A stretch of DNA of 64,000 nt from Luteolibacter sp. Lineage in GTDB: Bacteria > Verrucomicrobiota > Verrucomicrobiia > Verrucomicrobiales > Akkermansiaceae. The translations under genes and the position numbers were made by a program. The notes under the pieces were generated by a model. The model saw only the letters and a list, made by a program, of their open reading frames with translations, made no database searches and was not told where the DNA came from. The stretch lies in the NCBI GenBank assembly GCA_051252155.1, contig JBPOGB010000002.1, positions 297,125 through 361,124 on the forward strand, given 5' to 3'. Below are positions 18,927 to 28,885 of this stretch, in pieces (positions within the stretch are counted from its first letter, which is position 1; the number at the start of each line of letters is the position of its first letter).

Positions 18927-19604
18927 ATGAAATTGCAGAAATTCCTATTGGCATTTGTGGGTCTCTTCCTCGTGGTAGGCCTTTCCTCATGTACGATGAA
19001 TTCCCCGGTTGACAGGATCAGTTCCTACCAATCCTACGAACGGCCGGCGAAACTTCCTACCAACCCTTCCGCAGTGAAGGTCAAGGTTTCGCTAAGTAAG
19101 CAGCGTGTCTACGTGATGGAAGGCAGCGAGATGCTGCTGGTCATGCCCGTCTGCGTTGGCAAAGCCTCAACCCCGACTCCTACTGGTAATTTCCGTATCT
19201 TCAATAAGGAGCATAAGCACCGTGCCTTCACCCATGGCTATGCCTACAGTGGATCATCGGTGAAACCGAGCTACCTGAAGAACAAACCCTCTGGATGGAA
19301 CTTCAAGGGAACGCCGATGCCTTATTGGTGCGAGTTTAAGCCCGCCTACGGCTTCCACACCGGCTGGGTGAAACACGCGCCCGCCTCCCACGGCTGCATC
19401 CGTATGCATGAGAACGTATCACCGAAATTTTTCCGCATCGTCTCAAATGGCACACCGGTCAATATCTCCCATACACAGCCGGAGGATGCAGAGCATTCGA
19501 ACATCCCGCTGCCTCCGGATGCTGGTCCACTCCCCAACTACCCGAGCTCAATGTACATCGGCGAGGGCTACTTCAATCGCCACACGACACCGAAGTTCGA
19601 CTGA
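18927..19604 (+). CDS. L,D-transpeptidase (YkuD) family lipoprotein, canonical active site
   Basis: The ATG at 18927 gives MKLQKFLLAFVGLFLVVGLSSC. The core is FHTGWVKHAPASHGCIRMHEN, with TGC (Cys) at 19395-19397. Confidence 0.8.
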   Translation: MKLQKFLLAFVGLFLVVGLSSCTMNSPVDRISSYQSYERPAKLPTNPSAVKVKVSLSKQRVYVMEGSEMLLVMPVCVGKASTPTPTGNFRIFNKEHKHRAFTHGYAYSGSSVKPSYLKNKPSGWNFKGTPMPYWCEFKPAYGFHTGWVKHAPASHGCIRMHENVSPKFFRIVSNGTPVNISHTQPEDAEHSNIPLPPDAGPLPNYPSSMYIGEGYFNRHTTPKFD

Positions 19605-19707
19605 CGACTTTTCCCCTGCGCGTCGTGACGCTATTGTGCGCTCGGCGTGTTTTTTTGGAATCCTCTTGCATCACATGGACATCGGTTGCCTTGTCTAAGG
19701 ATTGGTT

Positions 19708-20580
19708 ATGAGTAAATTTTCTTCGATTTTGACACACCCCGGAAGCTCGCATAAGGACGAGTTTCTCGCTTGTTGCCTGCTGGTAGCAGTGAATGACGCA
19801 CCCATCCACCGGCGCGAGCCGAGGCAGGAGGATCTCGATGATCCGGCCGTGGCTGTCGTCGATGTCGGCGGTGAGCACGATGCCGCACGGGGAAATTTTG
19901 ATCATCATCAGTTTCCGAAAGACCACCCACCGACATGTTCGCTCAGTCTCATCCTTATGGATCTAGGCCTTTACGAGGATGCGCGCGAGTATTGCGATTG
20001 GTTGGAGGTTGCGGAGTGGTTTGATACACGCGGGCCTGTCGAGACCGCCGCATGGCTCGGTGTCGAGCGCGAGCTGCTTTCTAAACTTAACTCCACGGTG
20101 GATCTGACACTGCTCCGCCGTTTCGCGGGCATGAGTGAAATTCGCCCCGGCGAGCCGATGTGGGAGGTCATGAAATGGGTTGGTTCCGACCTCATTGGTT
20201 ATTTGAAGTCTCTGCGCGAAAAACTCAACGAGATCGCGAGAACCAGCGAGATCTGGGAGCTGGAACATGAGGCGGGCTCGTTCCGTATCTTGTTCCTTCC
20301 ACGAGCGGAAAACCTTTCAGACGATGCTTCGGCAGGTCTCGCACGCTACGCCGCTGGGCTGCCGGATGATCAGAAAGTCATCGGCATGGTCTACCCAGAT
20401 CGGCGCGGCAAAGGCTTCGCGCTCTCGCGCTTTAATGACAACCTCGGCCTAGATTTTACGCGTATCGGCGACGAGTCGGACGTTCATTTCGCCCATGCGC
20501 GGGGTTTCGTTGCAAAATCCTCTACTACCGACTTTGGGCGGCTTGGTGAGCTGCTGCTGAAGAGCCGCGTGGTGCTTTGA
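19708..20580 (+). CDS. MYG1 (UPF0160) family metal-dependent hydrolase
   Basis: THPGSSHKDEFLACCLL ... VDVGGEHDAARGNFDHHQ matches the MYG1 signature. Confidence 0.8.
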   Translation: MSKFSSILTHPGSSHKDEFLACCLLVAVNDAPIHRREPRQEDLDDPAVAVVDVGGEHDAARGNFDHHQFPKDHPPTCSLSLILMDLGLYEDAREYCDWLEVAEWFDTRGPVETAAWLGVERELLSKLNSTVDLTLLRRFAGMSEIRPGEPMWEVMKWVGSDLIGYLKSLREKLNEIARTSEIWELEHEAGSFRILFLPRAENLSDDASAGLARYAAGLPDDQKVIGMVYPDRRGKGFALSRFNDNLGLDFTRIGDESDVHFAHARGFVAKSSTTDFGRLGELLLKSRVVL

Positions 20581-20617
20581 GGCGTGACAGCTGTGAGTGC
20601 TCCGGCATCCTCGGTGC

Positions 20618-21679
20618 ATGAGTACGATTTCCATTTCCAGCCTCAAGGAACAGGCAGGCGAAGTGCCGCTGATTGCTTCTGTGTTGGCGCAGCTCCAGGC
20701 GCGGGCAGTGAAGACGACCAAGGGCGGCAAGCCCTACTTTGACCTCGTCTTTGCGGATGCCACCGGCTCGCTCAATCTCAAGATCTGGTCGGACACCCCC
20801 TTGCACACCGAGGCGGAGTCCCTGCCGCTGCAGACCATCGTGCGGCTGGAGGGCGAGTGGACGCAAAACCAATACGGCGTCAACGGCACCGGAGTGAGCT
20901 GGGCTCGGCTCGACGATGCCGCCATCGCTGATTTCCTCGCCGGTGATCCGGTGGTGAGGAAAAAACAAGAGAAGGATTTCGCGGAGATCTCCCGCCTGTG
21001 CTCAGCGATGGAAGACCCACGCTTGAAGAAACTCTGCGAGCATTTTTTCGAGACGATGGGAGACCGCTTCCGCCGCACCGCCGCCGCGCGGAAGAACCAC
21101 CACGCACGCCGGGGCGGGCTGGTGGAGCACGTCGCCCAGATGATGCGCACCGCAGACGCCATCAGCACCATTTATCCGGAGCTCAACCGCGATCTCATGA
21201 TCGCCGGCGTGCTCTTCCACGATTGCGGTAAGCTCTGGGAGAATAGCTATCCGGAGGACGGCTTCGGCCAGATTCATTCGCGCTACGGGGAAATGCTCGG
21301 CCACATCCCCCTCGGCATCGAGCTTGTCAATAAGCTCTGGCACGACCTCATCGCCGCTGGGGATTTCGAGGCATACTCCGCCTGCAAGCCCTCCGCCGAG
21401 GACGTGCGCTTGCACCTCCTTCACCTCATCGGCAGCCACCACGGCCAGCTTGAATACGGCTCACCCATCCTCCCGAAAACCCCCGAGGCCTACGCCCTCC
21501 ACTACATCGACAACCTCGATGCCAAGATGGAAATGCTCCGCGATGCCTACCCGCAGGCAAACGAAGTCGCGCCCGGCATATACGACCGCGTCTTCCCCCT
21601 GCCCACCGGCTTGGTCAAGCCACTCGGCGCGTTTGAGATGGTGGAGTTGGGAAAGGAAGCCGAAGAAGAGGCGGAGTGA
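20618..21679 (+). CDS. OB-fold + HD-domain phosphohydrolase (YhaM-like 3'-5' exoribonuclease family)
   Basis: The N-terminal OB-like segment (KGGKPYFDLVFADATGSLNLKIW) is followed by HD motifs (HHARRGGLVEHV, LFHDCGK, GSHHG). Confidence 0.7.
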   Translation: MSTISISSLKEQAGEVPLIASVLAQLQARAVKTTKGGKPYFDLVFADATGSLNLKIWSDTPLHTEAESLPLQTIVRLEGEWTQNQYGVNGTGVSWARLDDAAIADFLAGDPVVRKKQEKDFAEISRLCSAMEDPRLKKLCEHFFETMGDRFRRTAAARKNHHARRGGLVEHVAQMMRTADAISTIYPELNRDLMIAGVLFHDCGKLWENSYPEDGFGQIHSRYGEMLGHIPLGIELVNKLWHDLIAAGDFEAYSACKPSAEDVRLHLLHLIGSHHGQLEYGSPILPKTPEAYALHYIDNLDAKMEMLRDAYPQANEVAPGIYDRVFPLPTGLVKPLGAFEMVELGKEAEEEAE

Positions 21680-21700
21680 GAATCAGCCTCACTTTTAGAC

Positions 21701-22387
21701 TCATGAGGTAGGATCTTGAATTTCGATGATTCGATCCGCGTTCTCAATCGATTCGTTGATCACCAACTCGGCATTCGGTCCATCGTTGGTCAATACCCTC
21801 CACATTGACTCCTCCCTTGTCATCTTCATTACCTGTTGATGGCGCTTCAACACACGCCGTTTGCATTCCTCAAGCGGCACATCGAGGAACCATCCCTCGT
21901 CAAAAATATCGAGAATTAGACGATTCCAAGGGCTTTCACTCAACAGGAGATAATTCCCTTCCACGATCACGATCTTTTTTCCGGATTCCAGACAGATACT
22001 CCGCTCTTCAGGGTCGCGCTTGCAGTGATCGAAGTCTGGAAAATGACCCGAACCGGTTTCATGTGCCTGGATGAGGTCATCTAACAACTTTCGGGCGTTG
22101 AACGTGAATGGCGCCCCTCTTCTCTCCTGCGCCTCTTGGGGGTTTTCCATCGCATCCAGTTCGGAACGGTAGAAATGATAGCCGTCCATCGGAATCACAA
22201 CGACCTTGTCACCCAGTGCGTCCTTGATTTTCCCCGCGACGGTACTCTTGCCGCTCCCTGGCCCGCCAGCGAGCCCGATCCAATACTGGCAATTCTCAGG
22301 CAGTGCATCAAATTTCGATGAGAGTTCACTGATCAGCTCACCGCAGGTTTTGGTTTCTTTTTGCATCACAGTGTTGTCATGGGTCAC
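21701..22387 (-). CDS. P-loop nucleoside/nucleotide kinase family protein
   Basis: Walker A motif GLAGGPGSGKST. The size and layout resemble uridine/pantothenate-kinase-type proteins. Confidence 0.65.
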   Translation of the reverse strand: MTHDNTVMQKETKTCGELISELSSKFDALPENCQYWIGLAGGPGSGKSTVAGKIKDALGDKVVVIPMDGYHFYRSELDAMENPQEAQERRGAPFTFNARKLLDDLIQAHETGSGHFPDFDHCKRDPEERSICLESGKKIVIVEGNYLLLSESPWNRLILDIFDEGWFLDVPLEECKRRVLKRHQQVMKMTREESMWRVLTNDGPNAELVINESIENADRIIEIQDPTS

Positions 22388-22408
22388 ACATCCCTGCTCA
22401 TACTTTCC

Positions 22409-22942
22409 CTAGCTGGATCGCACGGCGTTAGCGGAGATGTGTTTTTCCACGTATGCCTGGGCATCCAGCGCGGCCTCTTTACCGATGTCTTGAATCGGAA
22501 TCGGGTAGCCTATTGGACCATTGAGGAAAATGAACAGGTAAGTTTCGGTGAGCGATACGCGGTCGATGGATGACCAATAAAACGTGCTTGTCCCGCTTGG
22601 GCCGGTGGAATGGATCCCATCACCGGATAACAAAAGTTCATAGGAGCCGAAATTTTTGCCATAGGAGCCCTCGTCGATCATCTTCTCGGAATATTTATCT
22701 ACATTGCGCCTGTAGCGGTGGGGATAGATGAAAAACCAAAGCACGGCCATCCCCAGATAGATGCAGGTGGTTGCCGTGTTAAATCCGTATCTCCATGTCG
22801 AATATATCCAGAAGATCACCATGATCGCTGGCAGCATCAGGCGCACTTTGGTTTGCATGCGCCGGAAGGTCTGGGAGGAATCGTGGTAGGCTCGGCTGAA
22901 GGCCAAGGCATCTTCGCGGCGCATTTGGAAATGAAGTTTCAT
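22409..22942 (-). CDS. YcxB-like membrane protein
   Basis: The ATG at 22942 (MKLHFQMRREDALAF...) shares one base with the upstream stop (TGATG). It has two TM helices and a C-terminal YcxB-like segment (FYWSSIDRVSLTETYLFIFLN). Confidence 0.55.
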   Translation of the reverse strand: MKLHFQMRREDALAFSRAYHDSSQTFRRMQTKVRLMLPAIMVIFWIYSTWRYGFNTATTCIYLGMAVLWFFIYPHRYRRNVDKYSEKMIDEGSYGKNFGSYELLLSGDGIHSTGPSGTSTFYWSSIDRVSLTETYLFIFLNGPIGYPIPIQDIGKEAALDAQAYVEKHISANAVRSS

Positions 22943-23361
22943 CAAGGATTCGGTGTGGCGACTGAGATTCTGGCACCTTTGGGCAAGGTGCGGAGCGGTA
23001 TGATAACCACCTTTTTGTCTGGAAGTTCTTGAGCGTTGAGAAGCAGGACTCTCCACGCGGCCGGTTGCTTTTCTTCGAAGATGTAGTCGATGCTGGCGAA
23101 GCCTTGAGAATTGGTTCTCGTGCCATAGGTGTTTTCATCAATCTTCGTAAGCTCATTCTCCAAAAGCAGGCCGTTGGGATTGGAATACATGGTCTTCTTG
23201 TTACCGAAGCTATCGGAGTGCTCTAGCCCTTGATCTAATTCGAAATACAATGGAAAGCCGCCAATTGGATTCTGCTTTTCATCGGAAATTTTCACACTCG
23301 TCGTGCTGTGATTACAGCCAGCAAGGAGCAGTATGCTGAACAAGGTGAAAAGTGATTTCAT
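22942..23361 (-). CDS. Lipoprotein, unknown function
   Basis: The ATG at 23361 gives the lipobox signal MKSLFTLFSILLLAGC. The ORF-track N-terminal extension to 23457 is not signal-like. Confidence 0.5.
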   Translation of the reverse strand: MKSLFTLFSILLLAGCNHSTTSVKISDEKQNPIGGFPLYFELDQGLEHSDSFGNKKTMYSNPNGLLLENELTKIDENTYGTRTNSQGFASIDYIFEEKQPAAWRVLLLNAQELPDKKVVIIPLRTLPKGARISVATPNP

Positions 23362-23433
23362 GATTCCGGATGGCAAAGATACGGGGATTTCATCTCCGGC
23401 GGGAAGCCTTGAAATGGGATTAGGATGCATGAG

Positions 23434-23514
23434 GTGTCCCGTTAGGACACGATTCATGTCCTGGCATGACCAGGGGTTTCACCCCCGGCTGGTATGAGCC
23501 GTCCTGTCAGGACG
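23434..23514 (-). terminator. Cluster of three short GC hairpins downstream of the 1040-aa gene
   Basis: GTGTCC-cgtta-GGACAC (23434-23450), GGGG-tttca-CCCC (23473-23485) and CGTCCTG-t-CAGGACG (23500-23514). Two share the core GTCCYGTYAGGAC. No clear U-tract follows. Confidence 0.3.
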
Positions 23515-23570
23515 AAGACGGGGGTGCAGACAGCTATAGGCAGCCTCTCCTTGTGCTTGCGGCAGGGGGG

Positions 23571-26500
23571 CTACTTCAGCGTTTTGATGTAGGTGACGAG
23601 ATCGATCATGGTCTGCTCAGGCAGGCTGCCGAAGGAGGTGGGCATGAAGGAGAGGTTGTTGATGAAACGCTCGCGTTTGATCTGTTCCTTAGGGATGAAC
23701 TGGGTGGCTCCGCCCATGAAGCCGAGGGTGGTGCCGTTGGCGTTGGTGTTGAACATGTAGCCTTCGAGGATGTCGCCGTTTGCTTTGGTGACTCGGTAGA
23801 GCTTGTAGCCCGCTTCCATGGCGTCGTTGGGCTTTACGATGGCGGTGAGGAGGTGTTCGAGCTCACGGTTCGAGGAACCATCGAGGGCTGGAGCGAGGTC
23901 GTAGCCTTTGCCTCCGGCTTGGTGGCAGGCGAGGCAGGCGTTGAACATACCTTCGCCGACGGCGAGGTTGCCCTTCAGGGTTTCTGTGGCCGTCAGGTAG
24001 GATTCCAGTCTTTCATTGGCGGCGGCGGTTTCTTGTTTGCGCAGCTTTGTAGCTTGTTTGGTGAGTGCTTTAGCTGCGGCATTTCTCGGGAAAAATTCGA
24101 TGAGCTTTTCAATGGCGATGAGATCGAGTTTCTCTGCGGGGAGTAAATTTCGATTGAGGAGCTCCATGATGAATACGGCACCTTGCTCATTGCTCATGGC
24201 AGTGCTGATGAGTGTGGCTTGCATGGATTCATCCGCGTCTTGGTGAAGCTGGGTGAAGATGTCGGTCGCTTCTTTTTGCTGATCGAGGGCGAGGGCGAAG
24301 ATGCTTTTCAGTCTGAGGTTGGTGGGAACGCTGGCATCATCGGCAAGCTTGCGGAGACCTGCGGCGTTTTCCTTCGGCGAGATGGCGAGCGCCTCGACAA
24401 GCTGCGGGCTGACCTCGCTGAGCGGCTTGGAGCCGATGAGTTTCAGAACCTCGTCATTGATGGCGGAGGATTGGAAACGGATGGCGGCGTCCAAGGCGAG
24501 CGTTTGGTCTTCGGGTGAGGGAGAGTTGATGAGTTTCTTGAGTCCAGGAGCGATGGCTTTGGAGAGGTAGGAGGAACGGAGGAGGGGTTGGGTATCGAGG
24601 GCGAGCTGGATAAATTCCTTGGTAGCGAGCTTGTCTTTGAGGGCATCGAGGACTTTGGGTTCGTCGAGGCTTTCGGAGAGTGCGATGAGGGTGTTCTCAT
24701 CGAGTTCGGCCTTGCCGCTCTTCAGGGCTGCGAGGACGTTTTCAGTCCGCTCGCCTTTGGGTAGGACTTGCGCGGCTTCGTTGAGGTTCGCCGCTGGGAC
24801 GTTCTTCGCGGCCGGGGAGTTGAGGAACGCCTCCAATTGCGACGGGTAGTTTTCCAAGGCGAGGAGGGCGAGGAAGCGCTGGAAGTTGTTTTCGTAGCCG
24901 GTGCCGAAATTGTTTTTTCCCTTCATCTCCGGGTTGGCGGCGGAGACGAGCATTTCGATGGTTGCCGGACTGGCGGCTTTGATTTCTCCGAGGGTTCTCA
25001 GAACCTGCTCTCTGACCATGTAGTGAGGATCGTTGATGAACGGCTTGGTGAGAATCTCGATGTCTTCGATGCTTGGCTTGAAAGTGATGAGTGAGCGCAG
25101 GGCTTCTCTTCGGAGGTCGGGATCTTTATCGGCGAGCAAGGACTTCATGAGGTCGAGGTCATAGCTGCCGAGGCTTTCGAGAGACCAGAGGGCGAGGATG
25201 CGTGTCGCGAGGGTCTGGGAAGCGTCTTTCGCGATCTCGGCGAGGGCGGGGGTGAGCTGCTTTGCTTGGCGGTCGGAAATCTGATGCCATGCGGCGCGTT
25301 TTTCCCAAAGGATGTCTGAGGTGAGATGTTTCACCAGATCCTCATCGGAGGCGTTCAAGATATTCGGAACGGCGGCGGGCTTTTGGCTCTCGTGCCGGAC
25401 GCGCCAGAGGCGGCCGTGTGATTTGTCACGATCTGGGTGGTCTCGGGAAACTTCGTTGTGGGAGACGATCTTATTATACCAATCGAGGATGTAGAGGCAG
25501 CCATCGGGGCCGAACTCGATACTGACTGGGCGGAACCAGTCATCGGAGCAGGCGAGGAAGTCCTTGCGATGCTCCGAGATGACGGAGCCATCGGGTGCGC
25601 GGTCGGCGATGACGCAGTTGATGGTGTTGGTGATGGGGTTGGCGAGGAAGCCGACGTTTTGCCATTCCTTAGGGAAGCCTTTGCTGCCGTTCTCGTCATA
25701 GGCGAGTCCGGAAATGCCGGTGCCACCCACCAAGAATTTATGGAAGGCGCCGGGGAAGGGTTGGTAAGGCCGGATCTTGTCGTTTCCGATACCTTTGTAT
25801 CCCATCTTGGGGTGGAGCGGGACGAGGCTGTAGAAAAAGTCGTTCGCCTCCGTGCCATACCACTGGCCGTTAGCTTTCAGCTGGAAGCCCCAGATGTTGT
25901 TGAAGCCGTTGTTCACCACTTCGATGTGGTTCCCATCCAGCGAGAAGCGGGCGATCTTGCTGAAATTGATGACGGTGGACTCACCGGATTTCACGGCAGT
26001 GACTTGCCCTTTGTTCAGGGCTCCGTGAGAAAAGTGAACCCACCCGCCGGGGCCGCGGACGAGGGTGTGCGACATGGTGTGGGTGTCGGTGATTCCGAAA
26101 CCGGAGAGGATGGTTTTGTGGGTATCGGATTTTCCGTCGCCGTTTTCATCTTCGAGGAAAAGCATTTCCGAACCGTGAGCGACGAAGACGCCGTTTTTGT
26201 AAGGAAGGAGGCTTTGGGGAAGGGCCATTCCTTCGGCAAAGACGTGGAGCTGGTCAGTCGCTTGCTTGGTGGGGTCTTGGATAACGAGGATTTTGTCTGT
26301 ACCTCGTGTTTCCAGTTTGTAGAGGCTAGTGATTTCTTCGAATGCCGACTTCGCGCCGATCGTTCCTTTTTCCAGGGCTTCGAGGGATTTTCTGCCCACC
26401 AGCTTTTTGTTGGGATCGAGGGGATACATTTCCGCGGTCTGCGTCCAGAGCCTGCCTGCATCGTCGAAGGTGAGGTCGATAGGGTTGATGAGGCCGTTTT

Positions 26501-26693
26501 CCTCGGAGGCGACGAGTTCGATGGTGAAGCCGGGTGGCAGGGTGAAGGTCTTGAGTTGCTCTTCCGGAGACAGGGCTTCCTTGCGTTCGGAACCCGTTTT
26601 TTTCTTCGGTTTCTTCTCGGGCTTAGCCTCCAGGGGAATGGCGAATGCCACGGAGAGCGCGAGGAGAGCGGAGGAATATCGAAAGAGGGACAT
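23571..26693 (-). CDS. PVC-type heme-binding protein (membrane-bound dehydrogenase-like beta-propeller + HEAT repeats + C-terminal CxxCH domain)
   Basis: 1040 aa with a signal peptide, HEAT-like repeats (DPDLRREALRSL, DPHYMVREQVLRTLG) and a C-terminal CLACHQAGGKGYDLAPALDGS typical of the Planctomycete/Verrucomicrobial heme-binding domain. Confidence 0.8.
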   Translation of the reverse strand: MSLFRYSSALLALSVAFAIPLEAKPEKKPKKKTGSERKEALSPEEQLKTFTLPPGFTIELVASEENGLINPIDLTFDDAGRLWTQTAEMYPLDPNKKLVGRKSLEALEKGTIGAKSAFEEITSLYKLETRGTDKILVIQDPTKQATDQLHVFAEGMALPQSLLPYKNGVFVAHGSEMLFLEDENGDGKSDTHKTILSGFGITDTHTMSHTLVRGPGGWVHFSHGALNKGQVTAVKSGESTVINFSKIARFSLDGNHIEVVNNGFNNIWGFQLKANGQWYGTEANDFFYSLVPLHPKMGYKGIGNDKIRPYQPFPGAFHKFLVGGTGISGLAYDENGSKGFPKEWQNVGFLANPITNTINCVIADRAPDGSVISEHRKDFLACSDDWFRPVSIEFGPDGCLYILDWYNKIVSHNEVSRDHPDRDKSHGRLWRVRHESQKPAAVPNILNASDEDLVKHLTSDILWEKRAAWHQISDRQAKQLTPALAEIAKDASQTLATRILALWSLESLGSYDLDLMKSLLADKDPDLRREALRSLITFKPSIEDIEILTKPFINDPHYMVREQVLRTLGEIKAASPATIEMLVSAANPEMKGKNNFGTGYENNFQRFLALLALENYPSQLEAFLNSPAAKNVPAANLNEAAQVLPKGERTENVLAALKSGKAELDENTLIALSESLDEPKVLDALKDKLATKEFIQLALDTQPLLRSSYLSKAIAPGLKKLINSPSPEDQTLALDAAIRFQSSAINDEVLKLIGSKPLSEVSPQLVEALAISPKENAAGLRKLADDASVPTNLRLKSIFALALDQQKEATDIFTQLHQDADESMQATLISTAMSNEQGAVFIMELLNRNLLPAEKLDLIAIEKLIEFFPRNAAAKALTKQATKLRKQETAAANERLESYLTATETLKGNLAVGEGMFNACLACHQAGGKGYDLAPALDGSSNRELEHLLTAIVKPNDAMEAGYKLYRVTKANGDILEGYMFNTNANGTTLGFMGGATQFIPKEQIKRERFINNLSFMPTSFGSLPEQTMIDLVTYIKTLK

Positions 26694-26727
26694 GTGAGTG
26701 AGATAATACAGGCTTTAGAGGAGTTTC

Positions 26728-27411
26728 TTACAGTGGCTTTACGGAGATGTTCTTGTATTCGATCTTGCCGATGCCACCGGAGTGGAGTTGCAGGGCGAAG
26801 ACGCCTTTGGCTGGAATTTTGGGATCTTCCTCGGTGTATTCAGCGGTGAGGATATCGTTGATGAAGAGTTGGTGTTGGTTTCCATTGCAGATGATTTTGT
26901 AGGTGTGCCAGTTGTCATCCTTGAAGCCTTCGCTTTTCTCGAGGGCTTTGTTTCCCATGACGAGTTTGCCTCTACGGTGTTCATCGTAGATCCCGCCCCA
27001 CCAGTCTTTGCCGATGTCTGCTTGGTAGCCAGAGATGATCATGCCGCGTTTCGGGTGCTTTTTCAGAATTGAGCGATACTGGATGCCGCTGTTGATGAGG
27101 CCGGTTTCATGGTCGCCGCTGAGGCGGAAATCGCAGGTGAATTCGAAGTTGCCAAATTCTTCGGTGGTAGCGAGGTAGGTGTTGGTCGGCATTTTTTTGT
27201 CACCGCTTGAGGCGATGATCATGCCGTCCTCCACTGACCAGAAATGCGCGTTCTTGGGGTTGACGACTTTCCAGCCATCGAGGGTTTTGCCATCGAAGAG
27301 GGAAATGGCTTCAGAGGATGGTGTGAGATCGGTTTTCTGAGCCTCTTTCGCATGGGATTGCAGGGTCGCGAGGGCGAAAATGAGGAGAAAGGTTTTGGTC
27401 AGGGTTTTCAT
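26728..27411 (-). CDS. DUF1080 (3-keto-disaccharide hydrolase-like) secreted protein
   Basis: The ATG at 27411 gives the signal MKTLTKTFLLIFALATLQSHA. LFDGKTLDGWK ... FALQLHSGG...IEYKNI is the DUF1080 pattern. Confidence 0.8.
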   Translation of the reverse strand: MKTLTKTFLLIFALATLQSHAKEAQKTDLTPSSEAISLFDGKTLDGWKVVNPKNAHFWSVEDGMIIASSGDKKMPTNTYLATTEEFGNFEFTCDFRLSGDHETGLINSGIQYRSILKKHPKRGMIISGYQADIGKDWWGGIYDEHRRGKLVMGNKALEKSEGFKDDNWHTYKIICNGNQHQLFINDILTAEYTEEDPKIPAKGVFALQLHSGGIGKIEYKNISVKPL

Positions 27412-27547
27412 GGACTGTGCTTGTCGTTGAATGCTCAAGGATCGGCTTTGGTAGCCTGCTATTTGAAGGTTCGGGCAGACTACGATTCCGCAAAGGGGCT
27501 TGTCCCGCAAATACTCATTTGTGCCATAGGCGGAAACTGCGGGAGAA

Positions 27548-28009
27548 CTATAGGACGAGGCTGCCATCTGGGTTGAATTCCCAGCTTTCAGCCCAAGCGA
27601 CTTCCCAGAGATGCCCATCAGGATCTGCGAAGTAGCCGCTGTAGCCGCCCCAGAAATTTTCTACGGGTTCTTTCTCGATCGTGCCACCGGCCTTCTTGGC
27701 GAGTTCCAGGACTTCTGCGACCTGATGCTTCTCACGGGTATTGTAAGAAAGTCCTACGGAAGGCATGAGTTTGCGATCCAGAGCGCGGTCGATGTTTATC
27801 TCTCTCTTAAGGTTCTCCGCTTTGAGATTCTCGTAAGGGTAAATGCAAAAGCAAATCCCATTGAGCTTGAAGCCAATCCAAGTGTCTTCCGGTGTTCGGC
27901 TCGTCGGAAAGCCGAGGCCGTTTGCATAAAAATCGTAGGATCGTTGGAGGTCAGACACGCAAAGGCTGATGATGCTGATGCGAGGTTCGAGTTTTGTGAT
28001 TTTAGCCAT
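27548..28009 (-). CDS. VOC/glyoxalase family protein
   Basis: 153 aa. SLCVSDLQRSYDFY...GLGF and YFADPDGHLWEV are VOC hallmarks. Confidence 0.8.
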   Translation of the reverse strand: MAKITKLEPRISIISLCVSDLQRSYDFYANGLGFPTSRTPEDTWIGFKLNGICFCIYPYENLKAENLKREINIDRALDRKLMPSVGLSYNTREKHQVAEVLELAKKAGGTIEKEPVENFWGGYSGYFADPDGHLWEVAWAESWEFNPDGSLVL

Positions 28010-28278
28010 TTCTATGAATCACGATACTGGAATGGAGAAGTCCGTGAAAAGCTAGGAATAGGCTGAAATAATCAGAGGCAATATTCTGCTTCCACTACCG
28101 TAATGGAGACGGTGCCCGCCAGGCTCTCGGCCATGCATTGTAGGTCTTGAAGGTAAAGCTGTCTTCGCCGAGGAAGCCGGGGTAGATTGCCTTCATCGCA
28201 AGCGACGGGATGCCTTTAGCAACTACGGCAGCCCCGAAATGACTTGCTTTTAGGGGGTTCGGGTAGAAAATAGAGGAC

Positions 28279-28749
28279 GTGGGAACCGAGCGAATAACAC
28301 GAAGGCTTATAGCTTTCGCGATGCTTCTGTTGATGACGGTGGTGGTTGCTACCTCTCAGCCAGGGCTGCGCTATTGCCTTTGTTTAGGAACGGCGTCTTT
28401 CGAGAGTTGTGCGTGCGTTTCCGAATCTCAGAGTACGGATGACGGAACGGCCTGCGATTCCACATCGTGCCCGTGCCCTGCCGAAGCCGAAGAGGCATTC
28501 GTGAAATCCTGTGGAGACTGCACCGTCGAACTTTTCATCAGTCTTGATGAGTTTGCGGATGTGACAGTGCGCGATGCAGCAGATAAATCTCTTACTTCAC
28601 ACGTGCCCAACATGTCGGCAGTGCGTGATTTAAATGTATCACCACCTATTCGACGTGCCGTTTTTGTAAAAACGCGTGGCAGTCCGCCGCCTCCGGTGGC
28701 GCTTAGATCCGCGCCATTGCGCGTGAGGTATTCGGTGTTTCTCGTTTGA
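28279..28749 (+). CDS. Cys-rich membrane-anchored/secreted small protein (9 Cys: CLC, CAC, CPC, CGDC)
   Basis: The GTG start gives a basic N-terminus plus a TM helix (RRLIAFAMLLLMTVVVA). It is followed by LRYCLCLGTASFESCACVSESQSTDDGTACDSTSCPCPAEAEEAFVKSCGDC. It is the first gene of the efflux module. The family is not recognised. Confidence 0.45.
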   Translation: MGTERITRRLIAFAMLLLMTVVVATSQPGLRYCLCLGTASFESCACVSESQSTDDGTACDSTSCPCPAEAEEAFVKSCGDCTVELFISLDEFADVTVRDAADKSLTSHVPNMSAVRDLNVSPPIRRAVFVKTRGSPPPPVALRSAPLRVRYSVFLV

Positions 28750-28885
28750 TTCGGGGATCTTGTTCGTGTGCGCCCCATTGGGTTGCACCCTTATCGTGTT
28801 GCGCTTCTAGCAGCGCGTCCCTCAGCGCATTTAGCGCAAAACAGCATCTCCGCATAACTATGCAAACCATCGAATTATTTTACCC

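Larger units (their letters stand above)
17877..19640 (+). repeat. Tandem duplication, two diverged copies of an approximately 883-bp unit
   Basis: Hand alignment. Copy 1 starts at CTGCACGATGAT (17877) and copy 2 at CTGCAAGATGAT (18760). Similarity continues through the Rrf2 3' end, the leader, the whole L,D-transpeptidase gene and the post-stop hairpin ACGAC...GTCGT. Confidence 0.85.

Noticed and set aside
28090-28235. Short minus-strand open frame (...VISGAAVVAKGIPSLAMKAIYPGFLGEDSFTFKTYNAWPRAWRAPSPLR*) in the 270-nt gap before the efflux module
   Set aside because: It is protein-like in composition and may be a gene remnant. However, it is under 50 codons, has no recognisable family, and has an uncertain start.
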